Position numbers and translations under genes: made by a program
The notes under the pieces: generated by a model
Database searches by the model: none
What the model was told of the DNA's origin: nothing
What the model saw: the letters and a program-made list of their open reading frames with translations, nothing else
From: Zygnema circumcarinatum SAG 698-1b
Lineage: Eukaryota; Plantae; Zygnematophyceae
DNA: 64,000 nt
Direction: 5' to 3'
NCBI GenBank assembly: GCA_037447605.1
Contig: CM074821.1
Location: 1,116,001-1,180,000 of the forward strand
Shown here: piece by piece, positions 1 to 13,300 of the stretch
Layout: every line of letters starts with the position of its first letter
Numbering within the stretch: position 1 is the first letter of the stretch

Positions 1-1315
1 TCATGATTTGTGGGTGGCTTGGACCTCTGCTTTTGCAGCTTGTCAGAGAGTCTTTGTCCAAGAATTGTAACAAACGCGTGAAGGGAGGGAGGGAGGGAGG
101 GAGGGAATCACATAAGTAGGGTTCGTGCTATGCCTAAGGAAGGCCTCTTTATATGAAGGCTTTCAAACTTAAAAAAAACTTCACACTCTTGGAATTCAAA
201 ACCTGTGCACACTTTCAGGCACAGAAAAATGGTTTTTTCATTCAAAAAAAAAGTTCCATATTGGCTTTTTTGAAGTCTGGAAGGTCCGAATACTCCTGTG
301 CAAACTGGCCTTTTTAATTGTCTTCCTACTGCAGGCCCTCTTCTATATGCTAAGTACCAAATCTCTTTCTCTATTACTTTTTTCGCACAGTCATCTGCAT
401 ACTGTACAAGCACTTGCATTAGACAAAGGTCGGAATTTTAAAATGTTCATTTTCACGAATGAATATTGGGAACTGAGTGGGAAGACACTATATAATGAAT
501 AGGTTGGATTGAGTTTATTTTCCTCGAATTACTGTAAACATTGAGAGTATGCTTCAGTGTCGTATACAAATCGCACCCTCGTCCTTCACCTGTTCCGCAC
601 CTCATGCTTTCTTTTTTTTAACGTAGAAACAGCTCAAGCGTAAACTGCGAGATTTCGACAAATATTTCCCAGATCGTCTCTCATCATAACATAGGCATGC
701 AAGCTCGTATAGCAGCACCCCTCTTAAGCTGGCAGTACTGTATCGGTAGGTGGACATGATGGCCATCATCGGCTTGACCTCTTATATGAATGTGACTTAA
801 GGGAAAACCGTGCGAACGTCTCTATAAAAGTTTGCACACTGTTTAACTTTGTTCAAGCTGGTGGAATGAAATTACCGAGAGAAAATCCGTACAATTTGAG
901 TATGAAGTAACAATGTCAAAGTGTATTACCGTGGGCCCACACACGAGGGCTCTTCTCGCCGCCCGATAGAAACAGGCCATCCTTCGTACCGGGATGGAAA
1001 TCTCAATGCGCATCTCACTTTTACTGCTTATTACCCGATATTTCATCGAAGGTCCAAGAGAGCTTCCCTAGAGACCAAGTCATCAAGCACCTCCGAAATC
1101 TCCAAAACTGATGTTTGTCACATACAAAAACCGACCCCTTACAAAAACATGACCTCCCCCTGGACAAGTACAAGGAAAAGTGATGCCTCCCGCCTACCAT
1201 GTGCATCATGAAGGTGCACACCATACTGCTGCATGATGCCATGTGCTAATCCATAAAGCTCAAAAACTTGTTTCTCACTCTCAAAAGCGGCCAATGATCT
1301 GATGCGTTCATAAAG

Positions 1316-4300
1316 CTACTCGGGAGTCTGCTCAGGTGGAGCAGAGGCTGCTGGATCCTTCTCCTCCTCGGGAACTCCTGCTGGAGGGGTAGATGGCTGC
1401 CCACCTGCAGTCATCAAGGTAGGGTTACTTTTGTACGTGTTTGCACGAGGGAAGGATGGACGCACCCATGGCGGAGAGGGGGGACGGGGGCGAAGGGGAG
1501 GTGGGTGGGGGGGCGGGGGGGGGCAGGGGAGGGGAGGAGAGAGAGAACGTGGGAGAGAAATCTTTACCTCTGCCGCGGCCCGTGAGAGAAACCAAACGGC
1601 CACTTCCACGCGCTCCAAGTGCTGCGGCTCTTGGTCCTCCCTGGAAACATCGACAACACTAACTGTGAATAATATATTTCTGGAGCGTGTTTATGAGAGA
1701 TTGGAACCGAGAATAGAAGAGAAAGGCAAAAAACGCGCAAACCTCATCACTGTATACAGACTCGCAGACTCGCAGTTTCGCTGCCTAACCTTCGGAGAAG
1801 TAAATACTCAAGCAACAACGCAGGCAAGTTAGACACTTAGACCTACGAAAAAAACAAAAGCTGAAGAATGCGAGTTAGTGGAAACACAAATGATGAGCAA
1901 AATGGATGACTGCCCTTCAAGGACTGGTGCTAAGTGCAGCATCTTGCAGGTTTAGGAAAAGGAACGGCCCCTCTGTAACTGACCTTGCCGCGCCCTCGAA
2001 CACGGGGTGATGCCGGCTTCTCTGCAAACCTTTGGGCTCGGCGCTGTTCCCTGAGAGCAGGGGTCTCATTTGCTTGCTCAGAAATAGTGACAATTCTACC
2101 CCTTCCCGATAATACAGTGCCTGCTTCCCCTCCATGAAGACCCTCCGCCCCCCTTCCTGCAGCAGCCAACTTTGCTGTCCTTGTACGGAGTCCAGCAGCA
2201 GCGGAGGGTCCTAAGATGCCCGGAGCACCCTCAGCAGCCGCAAGTGTTGCGGCTAAAGATCCCCTAGTCACTCTGGGAGGTCTTGGGGCTAAGTTAGCAG
2301 GTTCCTTTGAAGTGGGTGTTGGCTCGCTTTCTTTGGCAGGATCATTGCTCACCAATCCTTCATCGAGTAAGAGCTCTGCTGCCTTCTCTCCATCGTCCCT
2401 CATCTCTCCCTCTTCCTCCTGCGTATTCATCAGCATTTCTCCCTCCTCCACCAGTTCATCTTGCAGAACATCGAGAAAAGTGTCATCGACCTCCTTCTCT
2501 TCGTGCTCATCTGGTACATCCTTCTGCTCCTCCAAAGCCTCCGCTCCACTTGCATCCTCAGCTTCAGGAAGACCTCCAGCATTCTGAATGATTGCAAAAT
2601 CCGCTCCTTGCTCCCCAGTCTCTACAATGTTTCCTGCTGATGCTGCTGTCTCTCCTTTCTCCCCCATCAACCCCCTCTCCAGTTCTTGCTGCTCACTCTC
2701 GTTGAATTTCGTTGCAGAAGTTACGTTAACTATCTCCACATCCAGGGTATCACCAATCTCCCCTTCTTCAGGGCCCCCCTCCCCTGTCCCGACAAGCCCA
2801 TCTACCTCAATGCCCAAAAGCCCACCTTCATCCTCCTGCAGAGTCAACGACAAAGCAGGTTGACTTGCCTCTGTGGAAGGCAACACCTCCTCCAGGGGAG
2901 GACGCATAATCCGAGGCCGTTTCCCAACTACACCTCCCACTTGCTCCTCCTCTGCTTCTGTCAGATGCTCGTCTCTATCCTGCACTTCTGCTTCTACTCC
3001 TGGTTCAGAAGTCCCTTCACCACCCATAACGACTTCGCCAGTCCTTCCAACTTCGGGAGCCGGGCTTCGGTGTCTCTTACCTGACCGGGATGCTTCCCCA
3101 GAATCCATATCGGCAGCACCTTCTGTCCTGCTCGCATCTATACCTTCATGTAGTGGCTGCAAATCCGTTACCTCAGCTGCTTCGGTTATTGCTAAGATCG
3201 AAGGGGGAATCGATGGCGAAGCCTCTCCTTCCCTTTCAGCTCCCAATCCTTGCTGCATATCAAGAGATCCGCTAGATACTGCAGGAATGCTGGCAGCAAC
3301 CTCCTCCTTCTCACGTGGGAGACTCTGCTCTGCTTCTGAGACCACGGGAGGTCTCTCAGCAGTAATGTCCGAAGGTTCAATTGGTACATCTACATGCGTT
3401 GAATCTAATCTTGGACGAATAAGCCGGCGTGGCCTGGGAGCCTTTGAAACCTGCTCAGTCTGCAAGCCGTTCAACCCCTACATAGAAATAAGAGCCAATA
3501 TCAGACGGACGCACGTATTAGCTTACAGACAAGAAGTGGAAAGAACACTAATAGGATGCAAATTCTTATTTGCAAGCAATAGGAAGAATTCGCAGTTCAA
3601 ACAAGAAAATCTTACCTCCAAAACTCCCTGATCTTTTTGGGCTTCCTGGGGTTCAGTACCTTCGTCCCTTCCTGGTGGCTTTGCTTCTTCAATAGTCTTT
3701 TCCTTCTGCCCTCCTTCCTTCTGTTCCTCCACTATCTTTGCCACCCTCTGCGACTTCGATGGCATCGATGCTAGAAGATGAGCCCGCAACTCTGCCAAAT
3801 GTTTTTCTGGGACTCTTTTCTCACTGGTTCCTCCCTCCACTTTGCTCTCTCTCTCTGCCTCTACATCAGCTGCTGCCTTTCTTTTCGCTCCTTGTCGCTG
3901 CCGATCTTGAGAGTTTCTCTCTCCCATATTCTCAGTTTTTTCGGGTACAGTGTCGACATCCATACTTGATACTGACGGAGCTCCCTCTGACGGCAACTCA
4001 GCTACAACCACAGGTGCGACTTCTGCCGCCTTTGCCTTTTTCTCTTGCATTACTTTGTTCACTGCCTGCTGCTCAGTACCTATATCAGATTGTTCTTTGT
4101 CTATCTGCTGGCCTTCGCCTTCAGCAACTAGCCCCTTTTCTGCCTCTTCCTCGCCCTTCTCTTTGTCTCCCACTCCCTCCAACCCAGTTCCACCAGCTTG
4201 TAGGCTTTCTTTCTGGACTTTTTGCATTTCCCTCTCCTCGGCCGCCTTCTTTTCTAGCATATCAGCCTCCTTAGAAATCTGCTCCGCCAGCTCTTTCTTT

Positions 4301-7300
4301 TGTGCAGCTAAACGTTCTGCTGCTGCAGCATGATTCGCCGGAGGAGGAGAAACCCTCTTCGGAGCAAAAGGAGCAGGCGGAGCAGTTAGAATTGCTCCAG
4401 AACCAGCTTCATCCACAGATTGCCCTTGTACATCAGCAGATACAGCAGCATCCCCTGCTTTCTTTTCAGTCGTAATCGCTGAAAGTTGCTGTCCAACTTC
4501 ATTGACAAGGGTCACATACGAAACATTTGCTTCCTCAGCTCCCGCCATGGTTTCCAGGACTTGTTGAGGTAGTGTACACTGCAAAACATATGCACTTGAA
4601 ATATGACGCAAGAGATAACAAGCTTTGAAAATGCCATATGCTCATCGTTTCGTCAAGGGAAGAAGGCATGTAAATTGCAGACAAGAAGGGGTCAACTGAA
4701 AAACTAAAATTTACAATTTTGAAAGCAGCTAGAGATGATAACAGCTTCCAATTTTCTCCGCAGTCTTTCAGTAAATAAGAGTACTTTGGGTTATAAAAGA
4801 AACATTGTGAGTTATAGGAGGCCCACCTCCTTATGCTTCTCCATCCATTCACGATGTTGAGTGAGTTCGTCCATAACCTTGCTTCGGGCCTGCACAGCCT
4901 CTCTCAATCCCCACACGAACTTCTCAACACTTATTGTTACGATGATTGTTTCGAGTGCCTTATGAAACTTGCGAAATATTAATCCTCAGAAGAGCTCTAT
5001 ACATCGTACAGTAGAACAGAATGATATTGATATACGAAATTAGCGGTTCCAAGCTCCATTTCTCTAGACAGAAACTACAAATAACACAAAGTTGTTGAGA
5101 TAGATGGTGTTGCTTTTGGTTTTGGTTTTGGCATTGTTTTTGGAGGACTTCCGGCAACTTCAGTTCGTGGTCATGAAAAAGGCTGCTAGTGCTTCACCTC
5201 CTGAGCACGCTGCAGCACATCTTGCAAAGTCTTTACTTCCTTCTGACGACGCTCTCTTTCACTCATCAGCACCTTCTGAAGAGCCTGCAGAGATCAAAGT
5301 TCCTCCAAAAATTTGTCCTCGTAGTTCATGAAAGAGCCAAGCCACCCCATCATCCATGCAGCAAAAAATGATACTACATCATCACCGCAGGATTTCCTGC
5401 AGGTATCGGAATAAATAAGTGCAGAAAGGGTAGGGTTTAGGGCTAGGGTTTTGACTGTTTTGCCTGCAAAGATTGAAAAAATGCACCTGAGCACGCTGCT
5501 GAGCCGTTCGCCTCTCATTGTCCGCATCTCGCCGAGCCTGGCCGGCTTGCAGACTTCCCACTTGCTGTCGGGCAGCAGCTTCGCCCTTTTTACGCTCCTC
5601 CTCCAGCCTCTTACCTGCACAAGAAACAAGGAGAGAGCGATAGTGGGAGTGAGGAAAAGGGGCGGAAAGAGAGGAGAAAGAGGGAGGGGGAGAGAGTTGC
5701 GGTACGAGAAAGGGGGAGAGACAGAGTTGTTGCTGTGAGAGAGGTCGCGGCATATTCATTCAAGCCCACTCAAACAATCTGCAAACTACCTTCACATGTG
5801 CAGTAAAGCACGGACTTTTTGAAGAATTACAGCTGGTTAAGGACTTAATTTACCAATTACAACAATGAACAGACCAGGCCTTTAAGCTGCAACATACCCA
5901 AATCAGCGGCCGATGCTTTGGCAGCATCCAGCTGCTTAGAGAGCTGGTCTCGCTCCCGATTCCAGTCTAAGACCAGCTGCTCCTTCTCTTTGAGAGTAGC
6001 CTCTAAGTTTTTCTGCACCGCTTTATTCCCCATTTAGTTGAAGTTCCTAAAAGCACTAGAAACCAAAAAAACCTAGTAGACATTATGCATTTGATGCTAA
6101 ATGTGGCTTATCAAAATCAACATCATATTTACGAGCTGAGTGAGTGGAGGCATCCGCCAAAGAGCAAAGAAAAGCATTCAGAAACGGAGACACAAAAGCA
6201 AACAACAAAAAAATGTCAGCAACTCGATCTGCTACTTCACCTTGTATTTTAGGCCAGCTGTGTTGATTTTGTCCCTTGTCTGCTTCATCGATGCCTGCAT
6301 GTTCAAGAAAAGAAAAAAAAAATTAACTTCACTCACATCGCTTCAATCATTTACCACAACTATTACTACTACTACTCATGCCCTTGCGTAAGTGAACAGT
6401 AACAACATTTACTTTCATCGCTTTGATCACGTCTCTAATACTTACATGAGCTTGTTTCTCTCTTTCAAGATCTGCCAAGACTTCGGCCAATTGGGTTTTA
6501 GATGCTGCTAGTTCCTCCTCCAGATTCTGTGCCTTCCTTGATGACTCGTTGAGCTCCGCTTTTACCTTTGACAGCTCTTCTTCAGTCGTTTTTAACTTTT
6601 TCTGCAAATCACACATAGATCATTTCAGGGGAGTAGGATAGAATCTAGCTTGATGCTTGAAAAACTAAAGTTTCCTCAACTTTGCTGTCACCAATATGAG
6701 ACCATCGAAGGCTTAGCCCACTAGCTAAGAAAGAGGCTAATAAGGAACTGGAGGCTAGACCTGAACTCTTGAATTTCCCTTCTCACATACCTACCAACAC
6801 GGGACCAACAAATACTAGATAAATGTACAACACTGGAGGGATGCGGGCCAACTAGTTTGAACAAGCGAGGAAAGAGCATGACAAGCAAGAGCAAAAGGAC
6901 CTACAAATTAGAAGCACAAAGACGCAAGCTCCCAACAGTCACTTTTGTCTGAAAATGGTCTCCCATCCCCCTTGACTAACTTATATGACACAAGTGAAAC
7001 AGACATCTAAACCGAAAACAACTTGCTAGCACTTACCTCCACACTGGCAAGCTCCGCTAGCTTTCTCTCATACTCTTCAAGGTCCACAGCTTTATATCGC
7101 TCAAGCAGCTGCTTAGATCGCTCTCGCCATCTCTCTGACTCTTTCCTTGCTGCCATCACCTCCTCAACCTTCCCTGCAATCTCTATATCCTTGCGTCGCA
7201 ATGCGGCCTGTACAGGCTCAATCTCTGCTTCAGCTTTGCGAGCTCTCTCCTCCCAATGTCGAGCGTCTTCAAAGTTTCGCTTGCTCTCCTCTCGCAGAGT

Positions 7301-10300
7301 TGTGTTGCTTTCGCGAAGTAGCGCCATATGCGAAATCTGAACATCGAACGACCAGCGAATTATGGATATTCAGGCTATACATTCAAGCCCTTTCCTGCGA
7401 TTTAATATGGGTATGGGTTTTCTCTGTTGAGTCCATGAACGGTATGTATTAAGAATGTACCTGTGACTTAAGAACTTCAAATTCTTCTTGAGAATGAATG
7501 GAACTTCGAATCTTATTTTCCACCGCTTGCAGCTCCACCCGCGCTTCTCGGGCTTCATGTGTAGCCACCTCTACCTGATCAAAAAGCAGTATCCACCAGA
7601 TTACTAACCGTTTGACCAACATAAGTCTGCTAAGCAAGAACTAATTGAACAACTAATTGAAGAAGCATATAGCAACAAGAAATATCTCGATCATAGGGAA
7701 ATAGAAAAAAAAAACCCCACCTCTCGTTGGAGCCTTCGCCTCTCCTGTTTAAGCGCTTCCACCTCAACATCGCTCGTTTCTTTGGCTCGACGGAGATACC
7801 GAATGACTTCTTGAAGGCTACCAGCCTCAGCTCCACTTGCCAGCTGCCCTTCAATTGCTTGCCCATCACTGGCAGCGGCTTTCTTCTCCGCTTCCTCTGC
7901 AGATGTGAAGTGTGCAGCCTCAAGCCTTTCCAAAAGGATGTGATTCTGTTGGGCACAAACCACAAGAGAGTGTTCATTTTATGGGAATAGATTGAAACGT
8001 GCTGTTTCCAAGCTTAAAGGCATATTTGCCTACGAAAATCTTGAGTTTCCTCCCACGTCCAAAACAGTCCACTCCTACAAGCTTATCCTTACTGACATTT
8101 CACAGTCCTAACAACAACCAGAATGAAGATGGCATGGTTCTTCCTGGTAAAGCACTCTCACCCTTACAACTAAAATTACTAATACATCCATTATCGGCTT
8201 TCTCATCCCTCCGTACCTGAGCTTCCGTTTCTGCCAATGCTTTCTCTGCCGTAACTTTGGCAGCATTTGCACTCTCGAGTTCTGCCTCCAACACCACCTT
8301 CTCCCTCGAAAGAGCAGCTTCCGCTATCTGAGCTCGGGCTGTGGCTGAAGGCAACTGCTCCTCCAGTTCGGCCAACCTCGCTGCTACTTTCGACATCTCG
8401 CGAATGGTATCCCCTTGCAGCATTACCTGAACACAGGCAAAAGGAACATTGAGACTAGACGAGAATGTTTCTTTTCAAAGGATGTTTCTGTGAAAAGTTT
8501 AAAGGAGCAAGGTATGTACTCCGCTTCACAAAACTGTCATGTTCAATCTTCACAGTTAAAAGGCAATAGCATTAGGTTTTAAGAACCGTCGGTTGTTTAG
8601 GTTTTGCTCAGACCTCTTTTCTAGCATTCTAATTTCTGACATATGGCTCATAATCCACTTCTCACCACTACTGACCAAGAACTATTTAGCTACACAATAT
8701 CTCTCTCTGTTATTCCACTACAGGCTACTCGATGCAATCCAAAGTGGTTCCGCCTATCTGAAAAAATCGTACCTGACGTTCATAATTGGTTTGAGCCTCA
8801 CGCCATTTCTTTTGGGAGGACTCTACATCTGACCGAAGAGTCGATATGCGTTCTCTTTCCGCCTTCAGTTCCCTCCTGCAGACAAGAACTCTTCAAGTTA
8901 CACTCTCCGCAAGAAAGTCAAAGCGATTTGACCTTCGACAAACAGTTGCCTGAAACTCAATTGCCCTACATATTCAATCACAAAGAGTTGCGAGTAAAAC
9001 AAGCAAAATCTACTGTCTCAAAATGCTCAAACATCCTACAACCAACCAACGGGACCATGAACACAAAATTCTAAACTCTTGCGAGGGAAACTCATCCATG
9101 AATCCAAATTTACAAACTAGTGGAGAACTGCATCTGCAAAGTGCAGTTTAAAAAATCGAATAATTTCTTACTGCAAAGAAGCTTCGCTGGTCTGCACAGC
9201 GTGAAGCTCCTCTTCAAGTTGTGTGAGTAGCTTGCCCTTCTCCAAGGCTTCTTCAGAAAAGGCAGCATTTCTTTTAGCTAACTCGTCTTCTAACAAAGTT
9301 ATACGATTCTTCAAATCCTCTTCTCGTATCGCTGTCGATTTCTGAGTCTCGTCCGCGAGCAGACGATATTTTTGATATTCTGCAGTAATTTGGCTTGCGA
9401 CGTCTTCGTTCGCTTGAGCAATCTCCTTATACTGCGACAGAAAAATCTACTTGTACCAGTCAAACGACCAATAGTTTTTTTAAAACTGCATAGCTCAAAA
9501 CATCATCCCAGATCTGAAACTCCAGAACCAAAATGCAAATGAGCATTTATAACTAATCTTCTCCCTCTCTCTCCCTCTCTCTCACACTCGTTCACACGTC
9601 CAGAGAAAAACACAAGCTTCAGTTCTTTCGGCTTAGCCAACATCTCATTTAATTCAAGAGCGTTAGTTAGGACGACAACGACCTGCTCCAAGTGGCCTCG
9701 CACTGCTGCCAACTCCTCCTTCGCCCGTTCTAATGCCCTGCGAGACTCCTCTGCTTGAGCCTTCAAATCCGGCTCTCCTCTTGCCCCATCCACTTCTCCA
9801 CCTGATTTTGCCTCTTCCCGTGCAGAAACAGCCAAGTTTTCGGCTTTTTGAAGACTGCGTTGCAGCTCTTCACAACGGGCCTGACCAATTCCAACCCTGA
9901 TTTCTAGCTTAGCAAAAGAAACACTAAAGTGAGGTGTTGCAAGGAATTATTCAGATGCTTTTACAGGTTATATTAAAATTGGGTTCCTGTGTAATATCTC
10001 GAATCTAACAAGCATCCATTCTAAACATTCATGTTTTTCTTTCTTTTTAGCAGTTTTGGTTTTCTCCTTCTTCTTCTTGGCAAAACACACCTAATATTCT
10101 ACTGCTTTACATTAGGCGAGTTATGAGTTATTTACCTGCAGAACTTCGGCCCTAGTTTCTGCAATATGAAATTCCCGCTTGGCCTCGTCTGCGGCTTTAT
10201 TTGCTGCCTCCAATTTTGCGGAAGCCTCGGCTGCATTGCGATCTCGGGCCTCCAAAAACTTCCGAGCATGGACTCGCTCAGCTTCAAGCTCCTTTCTTGC

Positions 10301-13300
10301 CTCCGCCCACTCCCTCTGCATCTCTCAAGAGGTGAGAAATTATCAGCAAAAAGTAAATAACTCAAGTGAATGCAAGCTTATTAACAATGCCTTCTTGTCA
10401 TATTAACAATGCCAAACAAATCCCGGGATACAGCAATGTTCGTGCGAATGATAATTCCCAAAAAATTAAATCCGATATACAAAGTTGAGACAAAGCACAT
10501 GATTATGGCAAACACACCAACAATCAACTAGCAAAACGAAGGCTTACATAGGGCAGATGCTCACGTATCGTGACAAAACACATATTCAACATAATACCCT
10601 GAAAGAGTATGATGCATGCATGCATGCATTGTGATTGTGATTGTACCAAATTATGAATAAGCTTCAAATTTGGGCGTCCATACCTGCAAGCGGTTGATGT
10701 CATCCTCTAGCCGCTTCCGCTCCGCTATATGCGAAGCCTGCAGCAATACTCCATGTAAGATTCTTGATATCTATATATTCTAAATTTTTTACTTTCAATG
10801 CAGCCGCTCAACCTTTAAGCTCGCCTTTCTATCGGCCCTTCTCATGCCTTTTCTCTCATCTCTTCTCCCATTTTCACTTCCAATTCTTTTCATCAGCCCT
10901 AACCGTTACAAAAGGAAAAACTCACCTCTTTAGAACTCTGTGCCTGCTGTACCGACTCCAATGTTACCTGCAATAACCAAACATTCACTGCTTAGTACGG
11001 GAAGAAACCTTGTCAAGGATATACAAGAATTGGGCCAAGATAAGATTCGTTTTGCAGGGCCATTACAATCCCAGGACTGCCATTTTTTTGATGTTCCACT
11101 TAGAAAAAACGTCAATGGGATAGCTAGCTACATACCTGTAGGTGATGGAATCGTTCTGACAAGCTCTTGATATCTTTTGAGGCCCTATCCTCTGCTAAAG
11201 CCAAAAGCTCCTTCTCTTTTTCCAGAACCGATACCTGTCTCCACTCTCAAGCCATGCATGCTCAAAAATCAGTAATCGAGGGACCTACAAACGGGACACA
11301 TTATCTAAAAAGCAGTAGACCTTTGAATTGAAACTAAGATTCATGTATACGTATATGTTATAATATCACATTTTTTAAGTGCTAGCTCTATACAATAGAA
11401 ACTGAAAAAAATCTCATGACAGAATAGCTAAGCACACTAAAATCCTCTAAAAAATAATAAGCATTGTAGTCAATTACTACCTGAATACTGCATTGACGAG
11501 AATTTTCTTCTGCCGTTTGGAGGGCCTGCGAGTTTTCCCGAATCCGCCGCTGATATTCGGTGATAGTATGGGAAAGCTCCATGTTCAACTTTCGGACTTT
11601 CTCCATCTCTTGGTGCTGTCAAACATCAAAAGCAGTGTGCATGTTTTTTAACTTTACACGAGAAACGGCATTTCGGGTTGCAAAAAAAGAAAGTGAAAAA
11701 AAATATGCAAGAGAGACAGAAGACAAACACACATAGAGACAATCTACCCAAGAAATAAAATTAAAAAAGAGTTAACTCTCCCTCGCCTTCTCCCTTTCCC
11801 TCTCCCTCGTCTACTCTCTCTCCCTTTCGCAAGGCCACTTTCCAAAATGATCTGCTAGTTAGCAAGAGAAATACCTGATTCTCAAGATCACTAGCCATTG
11901 AGTCAAACTGATCCTTCAAATACTTATATTCTGCTGCTGCATGTGCTCTGTCCACTCTAGCAGCACTGGCTTCCTCACTGCAATAAGTCCAAAGAAATGC
12001 ATACAATTCAAACTTCAGTGGGGCAAAGGCAATTCTCAAATAAAAGCAAATCTTGCAACCACATTAGCATAAGTGCTTCAAAGGATGACTATGAAAAAGA
12101 AAGCGCGATTCACCAGTTTTTTTTTTTTAGAGTTGCAGCCTTTCAAAGCCTTGCCAAAAGAAAAGTTTGCAGTGGACGTGCCATTTTCAAGTGGCAAGCT
12201 AAAAGAGTTCGAGATAAAGCAAGGCAAAAAGGTTCACAACGGCCCAGCCTTGAGCTTGAACAACAATTTTAGAAAAAGCTTAACAGCAAATACTTTGAGA
12301 GAGAGTAATTTAAGTTATAGTTGCTTTTTTTGTCACGTACTACTGACTCTACGAAAAAACGAACATACCGAGCCTTCTTCAGGTCTTGCTGGAGCTCTTT
12401 CATTGAGGCTTGATTCTCTTCACGAGTCTTTTGCAGTTCCGCCTGAATTAACAACAGTGGATAAATCGAGCTGGCTGAAGTTGAAGTGGGAAAAGAGACA
12501 AAAGTACACGCCAACAAAATCCAAGCATGGGTGTAAGATATTTGCAAAACCGACTCGACAACTCACCTCCTTTGCCTCAAGTAGCATCTTATAATCATCA
12601 GCGTTTGATTCTCCTGTTGAATACAGTACAAGAGCGAGGGATTATGCAACATTCGAGGTCCAAGCACAGCATAGATTAGAGAGGCAACTCTACCACTCGA
12701 TCCTAGGTTTGATCAGGCATGATATTGATTCAATAACGCATCAAACGTTTCTTTTATATCATTCACAAACCATCTTCGCATTGACAGCAAGTTGGAGTAA
12801 ATATGTTGCATAAACTAGAGTTTTTATATTTACCAGCTGTGGCTGGCGGGGTCGAAGGAGCAACTTGCTGGTGCACCTCCTCTTCATAGAGACGCTTGTA
12901 AAGGTCCATCTGCCCAATAGATAAAAAAAAACACATATACAGATAAATACATATACATATAAATATGCATTGATAAATGTAAAGTGCATTCCGTATATTA
13001 ACTGCATCACCCATTTAACAACAAAGGCAAACCCCATGTATCACATCACATCATGTCCGACTTTTGTGCGGGAGTTAGTCAGAACAGATGTCCGAAAAGA
13101 ACATGGCCATAGAACATACCGATCTCTTTTGCGCTGTCATCAGCTCTCTCTGCTTTTCAAGCTCCTCCAGAAGTTTCTGTATCTCTTCAGCTTGCTCCTT
13201 TTCACGGCGCTCAAGCTCCACCTGATATGCTGCCTGAAATCCATCATGCCAAAGACAAGGAAATCCGTAAATGGTTCAAGGAAACATACTAACTGATTAA

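Noticed and set aside
843-1242. Short ORFs downstream of the NUA stop, with TATAAAA near 822
   Set aside because: No homology or splice support; probably NUA 3' UTR or intergenic sequence.
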